A stretch of DNA of 57,747 nucleotides from a virus (Duplodnaviria > Heunggongvirae > Uroviricota > Caudoviricetes): IMG/VR virus record IMGVR_UViG_3300029887_000004; one strand, given 5' to 3'. The translations under genes were made by a program, and so were the position numbers. Positions 1-11,663 of this stretch are shown piece by piece (position 1 is the first letter of the stretch; every line of letters begins with the position of its first letter). The notes beneath the pieces were generated by a model. That model made no database searches, was not told the origin of the DNA, and saw only the letters and a list, made by a program, of their open reading frames with translations.

Positions 1-36
1 GCCCGAAAACATTAGAAAGCCGCAAAAAGCCAGCGG

Positions 37-64
37 AAAATAAACAGACCGCAAAAGCGGTCTG
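37..64 (-). terminator. Intrinsic terminator-like hairpin
   Basis: CAGACCGC-AAAA-GCGGTCTG perfect 8-bp stem (45-64), followed on the minus strand by TTTATTTT. Confidence 0.55.
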
Positions 65-87
65 CTATTTGTCAAGGTACTCGTATT

Positions 88-570
88 CTACCGTTTACAT
101 TTTAGAGGTGTCGCAATAACGCCACTTCGAATAAGTGGAGTGATAAAATTATCAGACTGAAATGATAACGGATATCCAATCATTAACGCATATTCAATTG
201 AAGATATTGGAAAATCTTCCGTTATAATATCTTCTTTTGTAATCCAAGATATTTTTAGCTTTCCTACATATTCTGGTGAATCGATTAGATCATTTATTCC
301 AATTACTGCAACGTCATATTGTGGATGTAAATATGGTTGGATACGTATTTCATTGTTTAGAAGATTCACTTGATCGTTTTGCTCAATAGGGACAGAAAAC
401 AAAGCGTTTTTCATATTCTCAAATATATGCCTATTCGAGACTAATGCATAATTTTCTCGATTATTTGCATGGTATTTATAGAAAAATCCTGTACCAATTT
501 TACATTCATCATTTTCTTTTAATACAGTAATTTTTGTTACAGTATGAATCAAATTCTCTTTTGTAAGCAT
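88..570 (-). pseudogene. Trypsin-like serine peptidase, C-terminally truncated
   Basis: GTGFF, SNRH (His), DVAVI (Asp) and IGYP motifs present; ORF stops at PLKCKR before the catalytic GxSGxP motif. Confidence 0.6.
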
Positions 571-598
571 ATTTTACTTCTCCTTAATTAGAAAGCAG

Positions 599-940
599 GT
601 GATTATTATCAATCAAACAGCAAACAAAACAGATCATCAGGAATCTATACAAACAATACACACAATAGAATTAACCACTAATGAGTATAATACAATCAAA
701 TATTTTTTTGAAAATATGGAGTCTTTATATAACTATGGACTGATTGATAAGGAAATTGTCCCATATAAAATTTTCTCCAATGCAAAAAATCATTTTATGA
801 AAAAGCCAAAAATTACAATTACTAATTTAAAAATGACAAAAGCTTCAGATACTATTACTCATCTAGTTTGTGGTGATCAAAGTGTTAAATCTGTTTATCA
901 AATAGCTACTTCTCCGTCACAAGAGGATATTGTTCTCTAA
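599..940 (+). CDS. Hypothetical protein
   Basis: 113-aa ORF with GTG start after a purine-rich tract; 3' end overlaps the convergent protease gene. Confidence 0.5.
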   Translation: MIIINQTANKTDHQESIQTIHTIELTTNEYNTIKYFFENMESLYNYGLIDKEIVPYKIFSNAKNHFMKKPKITITNLKMTKASDTITHLVCGDQSVKSVYQIATSPSQEDIVL

Positions 941-1640
941 TAAAATCAAGTATATAAAACGCATATACTTCCTGAGAAAGACCAAGACTTTCTTCATACT
1001 TCTTTTCAAATTCGTCTGTAGTAATTTTAAGAGAACGTATTTTAGCAGAATGATGTATGCCAAGTAGTTTGTATTTTTCATTAACTTTGATATAAACTGG
1101 GCATCCACTTAAACCTTCTTTGGTATTGGCATAAGTGAAGAATCCGTTTTGAAAGTTGAACTGAATAGATGATGCAGTATTTCCTTTAATAATAAAAGGA
1201 TACGCTAAGATTGTGTACCCTAATGCTGCTTGATAGCCAACGAGATAGACATCTTCCAAATCATTAAAACTTGATCTGTCATCATTTAAAATAATGTCTG
1301 ATTCTTCTATAAAATGAAAAATTATATTGTATTTATTCAAGGCCTTGATTATTGTATTTGTTATATCGACATAGGCGATATCAAGAGAAGGATGTTTTAT
1401 AGGAGAGACAGTTATATTAAAAGTTATACCTGACATTTCTTCGTTTTCGTCTATAGCGGATATAACAAAAGATATATTCATAATATTTTTGTCAAAACAA
1501 TGACCGCAAGAACAAAGGAAATATGATTCTCCTTGAGATGTTGCTAATTTTATGATAAAACCAGTAAAAGAGTGTCTTGGTTCTTCAGTATTATCAGCAA
1601 TAAATACTGTTGTATATTTCAAGTCATTTACACTAATCAT
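906..1640 (-). CDS. Trypsin-like serine peptidase domain protein
   Basis: TGF, SCGHCF (His), DIA (Asp), VGY and GLSGCPV (Ser) motifs; GAGAGG SD. Confidence 0.7.
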   Translation of the reverse strand: MISVNDLKYTTVFIADNTEEPRHSFTGFIIKLATSQGESYFLCSCGHCFDKNIMNISFVISAIDENEEMSGITFNITVSPIKHPSLDIAYVDITNTIIKALNKYNIIFHFIEESDIILNDDRSSFNDLEDVYLVGYQAALGYTILAYPFIIKGNTASSIQFNFQNGFFTYANTKEGLSGCPVYIKVNEKYKLLGIHHSAKIRSLKITTDEFEKKYEESLGLSQEVYAFYILDFIREQYPLVTEK

Positions 1641-1673
1641 ATCAATTTTCCTCTCTTATGTTTTATGGTTATC

Positions 1674-1830
1674 TTAAAAATCATATCCACAATTCTTACA
1701 GTGAAATTGTTTGCCAATTTTGCTCGATGCAATGTCTACCATAGCAGTTGATACAGCTCTATTTAACGTGCTGATATTCTCTATATCTGTGCTGCCACAT
1801 GCAGGGCAATGTGGAATAGCAAGTTTGCTG
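1674..1830 (-). pseudogene. Remnant of a Zn-ribbon protein C-terminal domain
   Basis: Manual translation gives IPHCPACGSTDIENISTLNRAVSTAMVDIASSKIGKQFHCKNCGYDF*, paralogous to the C-termini of 2114-2701 and 5152-5715; no in-frame start codon. Confidence 0.7.
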
Positions 1831-1884
1831 TTTTTGTTTTTATTACTATAAAATTTTCTTTTATGTTTTCCGAGGTAACAAAAA

Positions 1885-2079
1885 ATGAATAATAAACCAT
1901 ATGTGTCAAATATTGATCCAAATAAAAAAGAATCATGTGGCGATTATGATATTATTCTATGTGAAACAATTTATGATAAAAACGGCAAACCACTACCTCC
2001 ACTTTTTGCTGGATCAGACAAAGTTAATATCGAATTAATATTCAAAATGTTTGAACAATTCCCAATGCATCAGGTCTAA
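1885..2079 (+). CDS. Small hypothetical protein
   Basis: GAGGT SD then ATG; 64 aa. Confidence 0.55.
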   Translation: MNNKPYVSNIDPNKKESCGDYDIILCETIYDKNGKPLPPLFAGSDKVNIELIFKMFEQFPMHQV

Positions 2080-2113
2080 GTGTTCCTTAGCTTTTTTCAT
2101 ACGTAGAATAATT

Positions 2114-2701
2114 TTACCACTTATAACCACAATTTTTACATTCAAACTGACTCTTAGCAGTTTTACTGAACAAGCCAAACAGCCCAGCACCTACAGCTTT
2201 CTTAGCTGCTGAGATTTTGATGATGTCGGTAGAACCGCAAGTCGGACAGTGAGGTTGATTAGTAGATGAAGGAGTAGATTGCTGCTGCGAAACTGGTTGG
2301 CTCGGTTTTTTACGCTCCTCTTCTGCCCATTCGTGTAATTTGCGGCGGAAATTTTGATGAGCTTCTTCACTATATTCATCTGTTTTTCCACAACGTTCGA
2401 GCAGAGAGTAAATATATGCGTCTTGTTCTTCTGCTGTCTTAGGATATGCTGTTGCTTTCCCAGTTGTTCGCTCATTTTCTATAGTCTGATACATTGGAGC
2501 GTGACAATATTCACACATAATTGTTGCCACAATACTGTTTGTATCACTCCAATTTCCACATTTAGGGCATACAAAAGTTTTTGAAAAATCTGTAAGATTA
2601 GCATCCTTAATATACTTTGCTATGGGGAAACTACAATCTGGACAACTTTCCGCATATTGACTTAAGATCTTTTTACATTCGGGACAAAAGACTTTGCTCA
2701 T
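2114..2701 (-). CDS. Multi-zinc-ribbon protein
   Basis: Six CxxC pairs; C-terminal CPTCGS...GLFGLFS...CKNCGYKW module; GGAGG SD. Confidence 0.75.
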   Translation of the reverse strand: MSKVFCPECKKILSQYAESCPDCSFPIAKYIKDANLTDFSKTFVCPKCGNWSDTNSIVATIMCEYCHAPMYQTIENERTTGKATAYPKTAEEQDAYIYSLLERCGKTDEYSEEAHQNFRRKLHEWAEEERKKPSQPVSQQQSTPSSTNQPHCPTCGSTDIIKISAAKKAVGAGLFGLFSKTAKSQFECKNCGYKW

Positions 2702-2753
2702 ATAGCCATTACCTCCGTAAATATTTCCTAGTTGAGTTGAAGTCTATACGACA

Positions 2754-3089
2754 TCACTTTAGCTTTTTGCAAATGGTATATAGAAAATTAACAATTTCGC
2801 CCATACCTGTAATCAGCAAACCACCGATAACAGATACAAAAAGATAAAAGAAAAAGCTAGAATAAGAAAGATAACCATAATCATCTTTTCCTATTAAGAA
2901 AGATCCAATAAAACCACCTACTAGAACAATTATTCCCACAATCTTCAATGATTGTCCAACAAGCGTTGTATAAATTTCTTCCGATGTATTGGATGTTGCC
3001 GGAGTTTCAATCTTTTTCCCGCAAGATGAACAAGTTCCTTGGCTCTGCTCTTCTGCTGTTAATTCCTTGCCACATTCTGTACATTTCAT
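2754..3089 (-). CDS. Zinc-ribbon membrane protein
   Basis: CTEC/CSSC followed by two hydrophobic helices; start moved to the ATG after an AAGGAG SD. Confidence 0.7.
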   Translation of the reverse strand: MKCTECGKELTAEEQSQGTCSSCGKKIETPATSNTSEEIYTTLVGQSLKIVGIIVLVGGFIGSFLIGKDDYGYLSYSSFFFYLFVSVIGGLLITGMGEIVNFLYTICKKLK

Positions 3090-3106
3090 AACGTTAAATC
3101 TCCTTA

Positions 3107-3724
3107 TCATTCATTTGTTGAAAAACTTATCATCATCGTTTTAATACAGGGACGATAAAACAATTCAATTTTCATATTGGATAGTTCATCCCAATCATAT
3201 ACTTTTAAATCATTTTCAATATCGTAATGATAAGTGTTTTTACCATATAATTTATCCATTTTTTCAATTATATGATCTAATTGAGTATTATCTAATTCAA
3301 CATTTTCCGCACTCCATATTAAAAGTCCTAGTTCATCATCATCTTGGTCGTTAGCTACCAATAATAACTTTCCATCTATATTCCATATTTTAACAGAATT
3401 GTTTACCAACATTCCTTTATGGTCAGATGTTGAACTTATTATGTATTTTTTAGATTTATTAACAGTCGAAATATCCTTTCCAAAGTTCGAATAATATTTT
3501 TTAAAAGGATCAGCGTCATGAGTAGTGAACGATTCTTTCTTAAGGAAAAGGACTGCAAAGACTAATATTACTATACCTATACCTAATACAATTCTTTTAT
3601 TTTCATTGTCTTTTTCATGCGACTTGTCATAGTATTCCTTAATATTGTATCCGCATGACGGACACCTTTCAGCAGAATTAGAAACATTTTCACGACCACA
3701 TTTTGGACATTTGATTAATGCCAT
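3107..3724 (-). CDS. Zinc-ribbon, single-TM protein with extracytoplasmic domain
   Basis: MALIKCPKCG...CPSCG followed by one TM helix; GGGAGG SD. Confidence 0.7.
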   Translation of the reverse strand: MALIKCPKCGRENVSNSAERCPSCGYNIKEYYDKSHEKDNENKRIVLGIGIVILVFAVLFLKKESFTTHDADPFKKYYSNFGKDISTVNKSKKYIISSTSDHKGMLVNNSVKIWNIDGKLLLVANDQDDDELGLLIWSAENVELDNTQLDHIIEKMDKLYGKNTYHYDIENDLKVYDWDELSNMKIELFYRPCIKTMMISFSTNE

Positions 3725-3767
3725 GTAGTTTTCCCTCCCCACATTATACTAAATATTGTGAACCAAT

Positions 3768-4868
3768 TTATTTTTCAGAAATGTTTAATGTACAATCATA
3801 TTGTGGTTTATAATTATTATCCAAACCAAATTCGACTTCTACGGGACTTTTATCATCTGGTAAAACCCAAACCAACTGTGTTTTTAATGTTCCACCATTT
3901 TTTACACCAGTAAACGCGTTAGAATAATCGAATATTCCTTGTTCCGATGTATTTCCAGGACTATCTAATTCAACACCATTTTGATAAATCTTTACAAGGC
4001 ATGGTGTGTTATTGATAAAATTTCTAGCTTTATCCAGATTATTTGTGTATTCAAAATCCATTACTAATACGATTCCATATGACGGGGATTTCAAAACAGA
4101 TGTATTTTTTAATATTGCATACGAATTATCATTTCCAATTTTTTCTGGTACATTGTCATTCAGCCACGATATATTATAATCGGATTCTTTTGTTTCTTGC
4201 GATTCATCTTGTTTATCTTCAATGTCTTTGCCGCCAGTTAAAGTTAATGTCTTTGAATATGCAGGATTGTAATTTGAATCTATTCCAAAATCAATTTCAA
4301 CTGGGTTCATCGTATCTTTAAGAACCCATACAAGTTGCGTATTTATTATTCCTCCATCTTTTACATTTGTAAATGCATCACTATAATCATAAACACCCGC
4401 TTCGGATGTTATCCCTGGTCTATCTAATTCTATACCATTTTGATATGGTTTTACATCACAATTGCTATCATTAATAAAATCTGATGCTTGCGCAGTATTG
4501 TTGGTATATGTAAAATCCATAATCAGTAATGTGCCATATGAAGAATTAACAATTCTTGTATCTTTAATTAGTGCTTTTGAATTATCATTTCCAACTTCTA
4601 TTGGTACTTCACTATCTTCCCATGAGCATGTTACATTTGACACTTTATCTGTTGTTAAATTGCTTGATTGATCTGAAACGTCTATAGCTGTGTCAGTCGT
4701 TTCATTATCTTCTGAAATAATCTGTTTGATGCTATCAGTATTAACTGCCTCTTTGATTACACTAGAAGCTGATGTTGCAGATGATTGTCCACAACTTGTA
4801 ATAAAAAAAGAAAAGCATAAAAGACCTGTTATCCGTATTGTGTGTTTTCTTTTCATGTATTTTCCCAT
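3768..4868 (-). CDS. Lipoprotein with two tandem DUF5067-like beta-sandwich domains
   Basis: Lipobox-like FITSC, Ser/Thr linker, two repeats of DFxYTN...YQNGxELD...VKxGG...TQLVWVL...PVExxFG. Confidence 0.65.
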   Translation of the reverse strand: MGKYMKRKHTIRITGLLCFSFFITSCGQSSATSASSVIKEAVNTDSIKQIISEDNETTDTAIDVSDQSSNLTTDKVSNVTCSWEDSEVPIEVGNDNSKALIKDTRIVNSSYGTLLIMDFTYTNNTAQASDFINDSNCDVKPYQNGIELDRPGITSEAGVYDYSDAFTNVKDGGIINTQLVWVLKDTMNPVEIDFGIDSNYNPAYSKTLTLTGGKDIEDKQDESQETKESDYNISWLNDNVPEKIGNDNSYAILKNTSVLKSPSYGIVLVMDFEYTNNLDKARNFINNTPCLVKIYQNGVELDSPGNTSEQGIFDYSNAFTGVKNGGTLKTQLVWVLPDDKSPVEVEFGLDNNYKPQYDCTLNISEK

Positions 4869-4897
4869 CCGCTTATTTATATATTTGATAATTTTAA

Positions 4898-4930
4898 ATT
4901 ATACCACAATTGTTATATAAATCCAACATT
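4898..4930 (-). promoter_or_regulatory. Sigma70-type promoter, copy 1
   Basis: Minus strand TTGGAT-17nt-TATAAT with extended TG; 30/33 identical to 5749-5781. Confidence 0.7.
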
Positions 4931-4948
4931 TCTAGAGGTGAATATAAA

Positions 4949-5149
4949 ATGTACGATAGTATTTTAATTGATTATGGGCTTGAAAAATTCCACAAATATG
5001 TTATGGCAAATTCAATCATAGATTATCCATTTCCGCAGACTGACTATCCTTCCATATATACTGATCCATCTACTCTTACTGAAGAGCAGCGTATATTGCA
5101 GGAGAAAATGAAATGTCTTGTGGAACAATTGAAGATAGACAAGGAGTAA
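4949..5149 (+). CDS. Small hypothetical protein
   Basis: GAGGTG SD then ATG at 4949; converges on the gene ending at 5152. Confidence 0.55.
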   Translation: MYDSILIDYGLEKFHKYVMANSIIDYPFPQTDYPSIYTDPSTLTEEQRILQEKMKCLVEQLKIDKE

Positions 5150-5151
5150 TC

Positions 5152-5715
5152 CTAAAAATTATTCCCACAATTTTTACAATGCCACTGCTTCCCTACCTTA
5201 TCAGATGCAATTCCAAACATGCTGGTAGAAAGCATACGCTTAAACATGCCAATCTTCTCGATATTTGTGGATTGGCATACTGGACAGTGAGGTTGATTAG
5301 TGGATGGTGGATTTTGATAGTTGTTCTTTTCTCTATATTGTTTTAACCGCTCTTCTTCTTCATGACGTCTTTTGTTATATGCATTCTCATTAAATTGATC
5401 TTCCACATTAAGATCTTTTAGGTCATTAAGAATGCTTTCTTTGTCACACCCGTGATGATTTAACAAATCTACCATTTCATATTTAGTTTGTATAAATGGA
5501 ACGCGACAATATTTACAGTTCACTCTTCTACAATGACCAGCATAATTAATTTCATGAACCCCACATCTCGGACAGATAAAACCTCTAGTAAAATCATTAA
5601 TATTATTTTCTTCTAGATATTTTTTGATTGGTCGTCCACAATGAGGACAAGTTTCAGCATAGATACTAACTTCTCTATCACAATCTGGGCAATATATCAA
5701 ATTTTGAAATCCCAT
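5152..5715 (-). CDS. Multi-zinc-ribbon protein, paralog of 2114-2701
   Basis: Same CxxC layout and shared STNQPHCP motif; GGAGG SD before ATG at 5715. Confidence 0.75.
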   Translation of the reverse strand: MGFQNLIYCPDCDREVSIYAETCPHCGRPIKKYLEENNINDFTRGFICPRCGVHEINYAGHCRRVNCKYCRVPFIQTKYEMVDLLNHHGCDKESILNDLKDLNVEDQFNENAYNKRRHEEEERLKQYREKNNYQNPPSTNQPHCPVCQSTNIEKIGMFKRMLSTSMFGIASDKVGKQWHCKNCGNNF

Positions 5716-5748
5716 ATTACATCCTCCAATACACATTAAATTGATTAC

Positions 5749-5781
5749 ATTATATCATAATTATTATATAAATCCAACATT
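5749..5781 (-). promoter_or_regulatory. Sigma70-type promoter, copy 2
   Basis: Minus strand TTGGAT-17nt-TATAAT with extended TG. Confidence 0.7.
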
Positions 5782-5796
5782 ATACAATAATTTTAT

Positions 5797-8700
5797 TTGC
5801 AGTTAAAAAATTTAGGTGATTTATTTGGTAGTTTTGGAGAATTAAACTTACTGAGAAATAAATATGGAAAAAACTCAACATTTGACACATTAAGCAGTAC
5901 ACTACAACAGTCTTTTAATGAGTCTTTTAAAGTTGGGACAAATGGAATTAGTGAATTTTCCACAGAGCAAATTAAAACTAAAGCATCTGTCATGGGCTTA
6001 AACGATGCGTTGACAAAACAAGCATTATCTCTTGCGAATGACGCTGGTTTATATCAAAAAGCTGCGGCAGGCAATCTTACATTTAGTAAGGCTATAGAAT
6101 TAAATATAAATAATGCAAGCGATTTAGTTGACGCCTTGATGAGTAGTAATTCTGAAGTCTTAAAAAAATATAAAGATATTGCTGATATGATAGCTAATTC
6201 AGGTGAAAAAGGCAGCGCGGCATATAATGAGTTTGTTAAAGATCTCATTGATAATAATCAAGATTTAGGTGACTCAATTGTTGAATTAGCACCCAAAGTA
6301 GAAACCACAAAATCCGCATTTTCTGGTTTATCAAACTATTTTAAAGGTCTTCTTGCTACATTTACAAATCCGATTTTCCTTTTAACCACAGCAGTTACCG
6401 TAGGCGTTGCAGCATGGCAAGGCTACAATCAATCTGTCCAGGAATCCATCCAGCACACGAAAGACTCCATAGCAGAGATAGAGGAACGTAATAAGTCTAT
6501 TGATGACAATATTAGTAAAGCACAGGAACTAAGGGATTCTCTTGATTCTGGTACTCTTACGGAGCAAGAAGCATACAACACGAAGAGTCAATTGCTAGAT
6601 ATCCAAAGTCAATTATCAGACTCTTATGGAGAACAGGCGGATGGAATTGATCTTGTAAATGGCAAACTCGATGAGCAGATCGAGAAGATGCAGCAGCTCA
6701 AAGTTGAAAATGCGAAAAGTTGGCTGAATGATTCGGATAATGAGAAGAATTACGAAAAAGCTAAAAAGAAAATGACCAAAGATGATTATGAGTCATTCTT
6801 TGGTAATACACCTACTTTAGCTATGCTCGGCTCGGAACCACAGAAATCTGAATATACAAATTCAGACGTATATAAAGATGCGCTGAAGCGTTACCAAAAT
6901 AGCAAAACTCAGATCGAAGAAATCCAGAAAGCGGCAAAAAAAGCTGGACTAAAACAGTACACAAGTACAAGCACAGGTCAGTTCCAACTCGGTTTTGAAA
7001 ATGAAACAGTTACAGGAGCAGATGAAAAATTAAATTCCTTCCTCGCTACTGTTAAAGAGCTGAAACGGCAGTTTGAGGACGAGGGCAAAAATACTGATTA
7101 CTTTGACAACATTATCAGTTCCGCGGAAGATGCAGAATCTTCCTATAAAGATATTCTGGATAAGCATCAAGAAATATATCAAGAGTATCTGAAAAATTCC
7201 ATGCTTGCAGAAGGTTACGGTAACAATAAACCAGCAACTGTATATCAGCAATATGCGGATGCAGTGGACAAATATAACGAAGCTTTGCAAAGTGGAGATA
7301 CTTCTAAAGTTAAAGAAGCAAAGACTGCATTAGATGGCGTAAAAGATTCCGTAGATAATATTGTCAGTACGGATTCCGGTAAGAAATACAAGGAGTTGTT
7401 CGATGAAATTGCAGATGGTATTGATACAGCATCCGAAAAAACTTATGAGTTCAAGGAACGGCTGTCCGGTAGAGGTGCAGATAAATTAAACAATACTGTA
7501 CTTTCTAAACTCAAAGAGCTGAAGAACTACACTGATATTGACCTCAAGAGTATCAATCTTGATACAAGTGATGTTGTTGCTGGTAAAGATGCTCTACGCA
7601 TGGCAGTAAACGAAGCAATGGATCTCGGAATTGTTTCCGATGATTCTGCTGAAAGTGTGGCAAAAGTTGTTGATCTCTTAACGGATATGGGAATGACCGC
7701 GACCGTATCCATGGATCAAGTGGATGATTCCTTCTCAGAAGTCAATACTACAATTCAGCAAGCGCAAGCAAATTTGGAAACACTCAAGACGATTATGTCC
7801 GAATCTGTTTCGGGAGCAGGAATTTCTGCGGATAACGTGAAAGCATTTAGAGAGATGTTCGGAGATGATGCAGAGCGGGCGCTGGAGAAAACGGCAGACG
7901 GATATCATATCAACCGTGAAGAACTTGCAAAATTACAGGCACAACAATCACAGATGAACCGAGCTGATTATCTTTCCGGTTTGGCAGATCAGCAGGAAGC
8001 TCTGAGACAAATCGAGGAGCAGATCGCCGATGCAATGGTAAAAGGTCAAGATGTCAGCGGCTTACAGGCACAGCGCGAAGGTATTTTGGATAATATTTCC
8101 TCTCTGGAGGATTTAGCATATCAGTATCAAACTGCTACTTCTGCTTATCAACAATGGCAGGATGCTATGTCCGGTGGTGAAGAAGGTAATATGTATGATT
8201 CCATCCAGGGTAACATGGAATCCATTAAAGATCTCTACGACAAAGGACTTGTAGGAGAAAACAAATTCCGAGAGTTTGTTGATCTTATGTCCAATAAGGA
8301 TCTGACCAATGCCAGTGTAGATGAAATCGTTGCAGCTTACGAAGAATCCTATCCAAAGATGGAGCGTTACTTTACAGAAGGCCAGGAAGGATGTCAAGCA
8401 TTCTTACAAGATATCTCTAACCTTAATTCTGAATGGGCGCACATGAATGAAGATGGTTCCTGGGATATTAATTTTGGTGTTGGCAACGATCAAGAAATTG
8501 CGGATGCACTGGGAATTGATGTGGAAGCTGTGCAATCAGTACTCAGAAAACTGCATGATTTTGGCTTTGACATCGACCTCGATCAGCCGGTTAAATCTCT
8601 GGAACAACTAAAAACTGAAGCTCAGTCTGCAAAAGAAGCTCTTGATGGAATGGGTGAAACTTCTCTTGATAGCATCAATTTGGACACAGATTCATTCAGT

Positions 8701-11663
8701 GAAATCACAGATGATATTGACAAGGTTAAGGAATATATTCAGCAGATCAATGATGCTGATTTGGAGCCAGAAGTTCGGACAGAGAGACTGGAGCAAGCCA
8801 ATAATATTCTTGACTATCTGGTACAGAAACAGCAAGAAGCTGGACAAAATAACATTGTAATTGATGCGGATGCAAGTTCTGTCGATCAAAAGATTTCTGA
8901 TCTGAAGAGCCAATTGGAGCAGTTTAGAAACGAAGACGGTACGATTCCTGTTAATGCCGATACACAAGATGCTGTCAACAGTTTACAATCCCTGTACGCT
9001 ACGAAACAGAATCTTGAAAATACTCCTGCCATTCTACAGGTTGATACTTCACAGGTTGACGGAGAACTGGGCAATGCGATCGGAAAATTACAGGAATATC
9101 AGAATGCTGTAGAGATTCTGAACGCACAGAACACGATGAAAACACAGGGCATCGACATTGATACCACAGATGCACAGCAGAAAGTACAACAGTTGGCAGG
9201 ACAGCTACAGAATCTTGATGCTGATACGACAGCGAAGTTAGGTCTTGATGATACTGATTTTCAGTCGAAACTTTCTAATATTGCTACTCATCCGATTGAT
9301 GTAGGAATAGGGGTAAATCTTGATCCGAATGCTCTTGCCGACGTCTCTGCAAAGATTTCTGGAATTACGCCAGAATTACTTGTAAAAGCTGGTGTAAACG
9401 AAGAAGCGATTGTAAATTATACGCCGAAAGATAAGGACGCTACGGTCAAATACAAAGTTGACCATAGTGTGATTGACAGTTATGATCCGGAAGACAAAAA
9501 TGCTACGGTTACTTACGGTGTGGTTGTTTCCGGACTTGAAAATCTACCAGGAAATAAAACAAGAAGTCTGACTTACAATATTAAGACAAATGGTACTGTT
9601 CCAAGAGTAAATGGTACGGCACACGCTATAGGAACTGCTCATGCGGCAGGTACTGCAAGCCGTAATTGGGGGCTTGCTCACAATGAACCACATGCGCTTG
9701 TAAATGAATTGAAACCAGAAGCAATCGTTCGGGATGGTAAGGCGTTTATCTTGAATGGTGGCGATCCTACTTTTGCAAATCTGAAGAAAGATGATGTTGT
9801 ATTTAACGGTGATCAGACGGAGCAGTTGCTTGAACATGGTTATGTTACCGGCTCCCATGCACAACTTGCAGGTGGTGGTTATTCTTTAGGTAGTGCGTTT
9901 TCTGGCGGATCGGGAAGATTTAATGTTGGAAGTTCTGGAACAAAAGCAGATTCTTCCACATGGGAAGACAAAAAGAAACAGAATAATACCAGCCATAACT
10001 CATCTTCTGGTAGCAGTAGTAGTAGAAACAGTGGATCATCTTCTGGTGGTTCAACTCGATCCTCATCCGGTGGCTCTTCCGGAGGAAGTTCCGGCAGCTC
10101 TTCCACCAAAGAAGCAACCGAGGAAACCTTCGACTGGATAGAAGTATTTCTTAAGGAAATGTCTCGTGCTACTGAGATTGCAGTTGATAACATTGATCGT
10201 GCTATCGGTCTGGCACAGAAGCAGACAAAAGCATATGACGCTATCAGTAAAGTTCAGCAGGAATTAACTGCAAATCAGCAGTCAGCCAACAAGTATTTAC
10301 AGCTTGCGGCGAACGTGGGGCTTGATCCTTCTTATATCTCTAAAATCCAGAATGGCACACTTGATGTGGAAAAAGTAACCAACGAGGATCTGAAGAAAAA
10401 GATTGACGAGTATAAGGACTACTACAGTAAATATGAATCCGCTGCTGATAACGTAGCCAAACTCGAAGATAAAATTACCGAACTCGCTGAGAAACGTCTG
10501 GAAATTATTGAAAAAGAATATGATGCGATTGTAGACATCAATGATAAAATCAAAGACGTAGCCGATTCCAAAATATCCTTGAATGATGCACTTGGCGTAG
10601 CCATCGACAATCCAGACAACTATGCAAGCATAAATAAATCCATCAAGGCACAGGAAGATACTTACAATCAGCTGACGAAAAAGCTTTCCGATTATCAGAA
10701 AGAAGTAGATTCACAGCTTTCCAGTGGTTATCTTAAGAAAGGTTCCGAAGCTTATCAATCTGCTATGAAAAATATTCAAGATTTCACAGCTAAGATTTAC
10801 GATGCTTCTACCAGCCTTCTTGAACTACGGGATAAATTGGATCAGATTAAAATTGATACCATCCAAAATGTAATTGACGGAATCAAACGTAATTCGGATA
10901 TTACGGAGAAATATATTTCTTACCTGCAATCCCAGAATCGTGATGTGCCAGAGAATCTATACACTGACCGTATAGATAATAATAACGCTCAAGTACAGCA
11001 GAATCTAAAGCAGATGGAAATATACCGGAAGAAACAGGCGGTTCTTGATGTCAATTCTAAATCGTATCAAGATTATGCAGAAAAGATTCAAACGCTAAAA
11101 GAAAATACTCTGGAACTGATTACGGACAATGAATCTCTTCAAGATAGTATCTATGAGCTACGTTTTAAGCCACTTGACGATGCTATCCAGAAGTACAGTG
11201 ATCTTGAAGATGAGCTAAAAAGTTTCCGCGACCTTCTGAACGATGATGCATTCCTTGATAAGCAAGGACGTATCACTGAAGAGGGATTGGCACAAGTTGC
11301 TCTCTTACAGCAGAGTATTGGTACGGCAAAACAAAAAATTGCAGATTATACCACGGGTCTGCAAAAACTAAAAGAGTCTTATGACAATGGTGTTATTTCC
11401 TTAACGGAATATAATGACAAGTCAAAAGATTACCGTGAAGGTATTCAAGGTTCGATTGCAGATGTGAAATCATATCAGGACAGTCTGGTTGATCTGTATA
11501 AGAACGCTATGAGTACAGAGGTTGATTATCTTGATAAAATAATCAGCAAGAGAAAAGAAGCCCTGACACAGCAGAAGGATATGTACGACTATTCTAAGAA
11601 GATTAATTCTCAGAATAATAACATAAATAGCCTTAAAGCCCAAATCATGGCTTTAGAAGGGGT
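5797..11663 (+). CDS. Phage tape measure protein, exon upstream of the group I intron (start uncertain)
   Basis: ~1950-aa helical Ala/Gln/Glu/Lys-rich ORF upstream of Dit/Tal-like genes; hydrophobic segment near the N-terminus; no SD at the TTG. Confidence 0.8.

Noticed and set aside
5790..5802. TTTTATTTGCAG resembling a spliceosomal acceptor
   Set aside because: Phage/bacterial context and AT-rich DNA make a chance match likely; no group I or II 3' structure was seen there.
9990..10110. Ser/Gly-rich repetitive DNA in the TMP gene
   Set aside because: Low-complexity coding linker, not a DNA repeat element.
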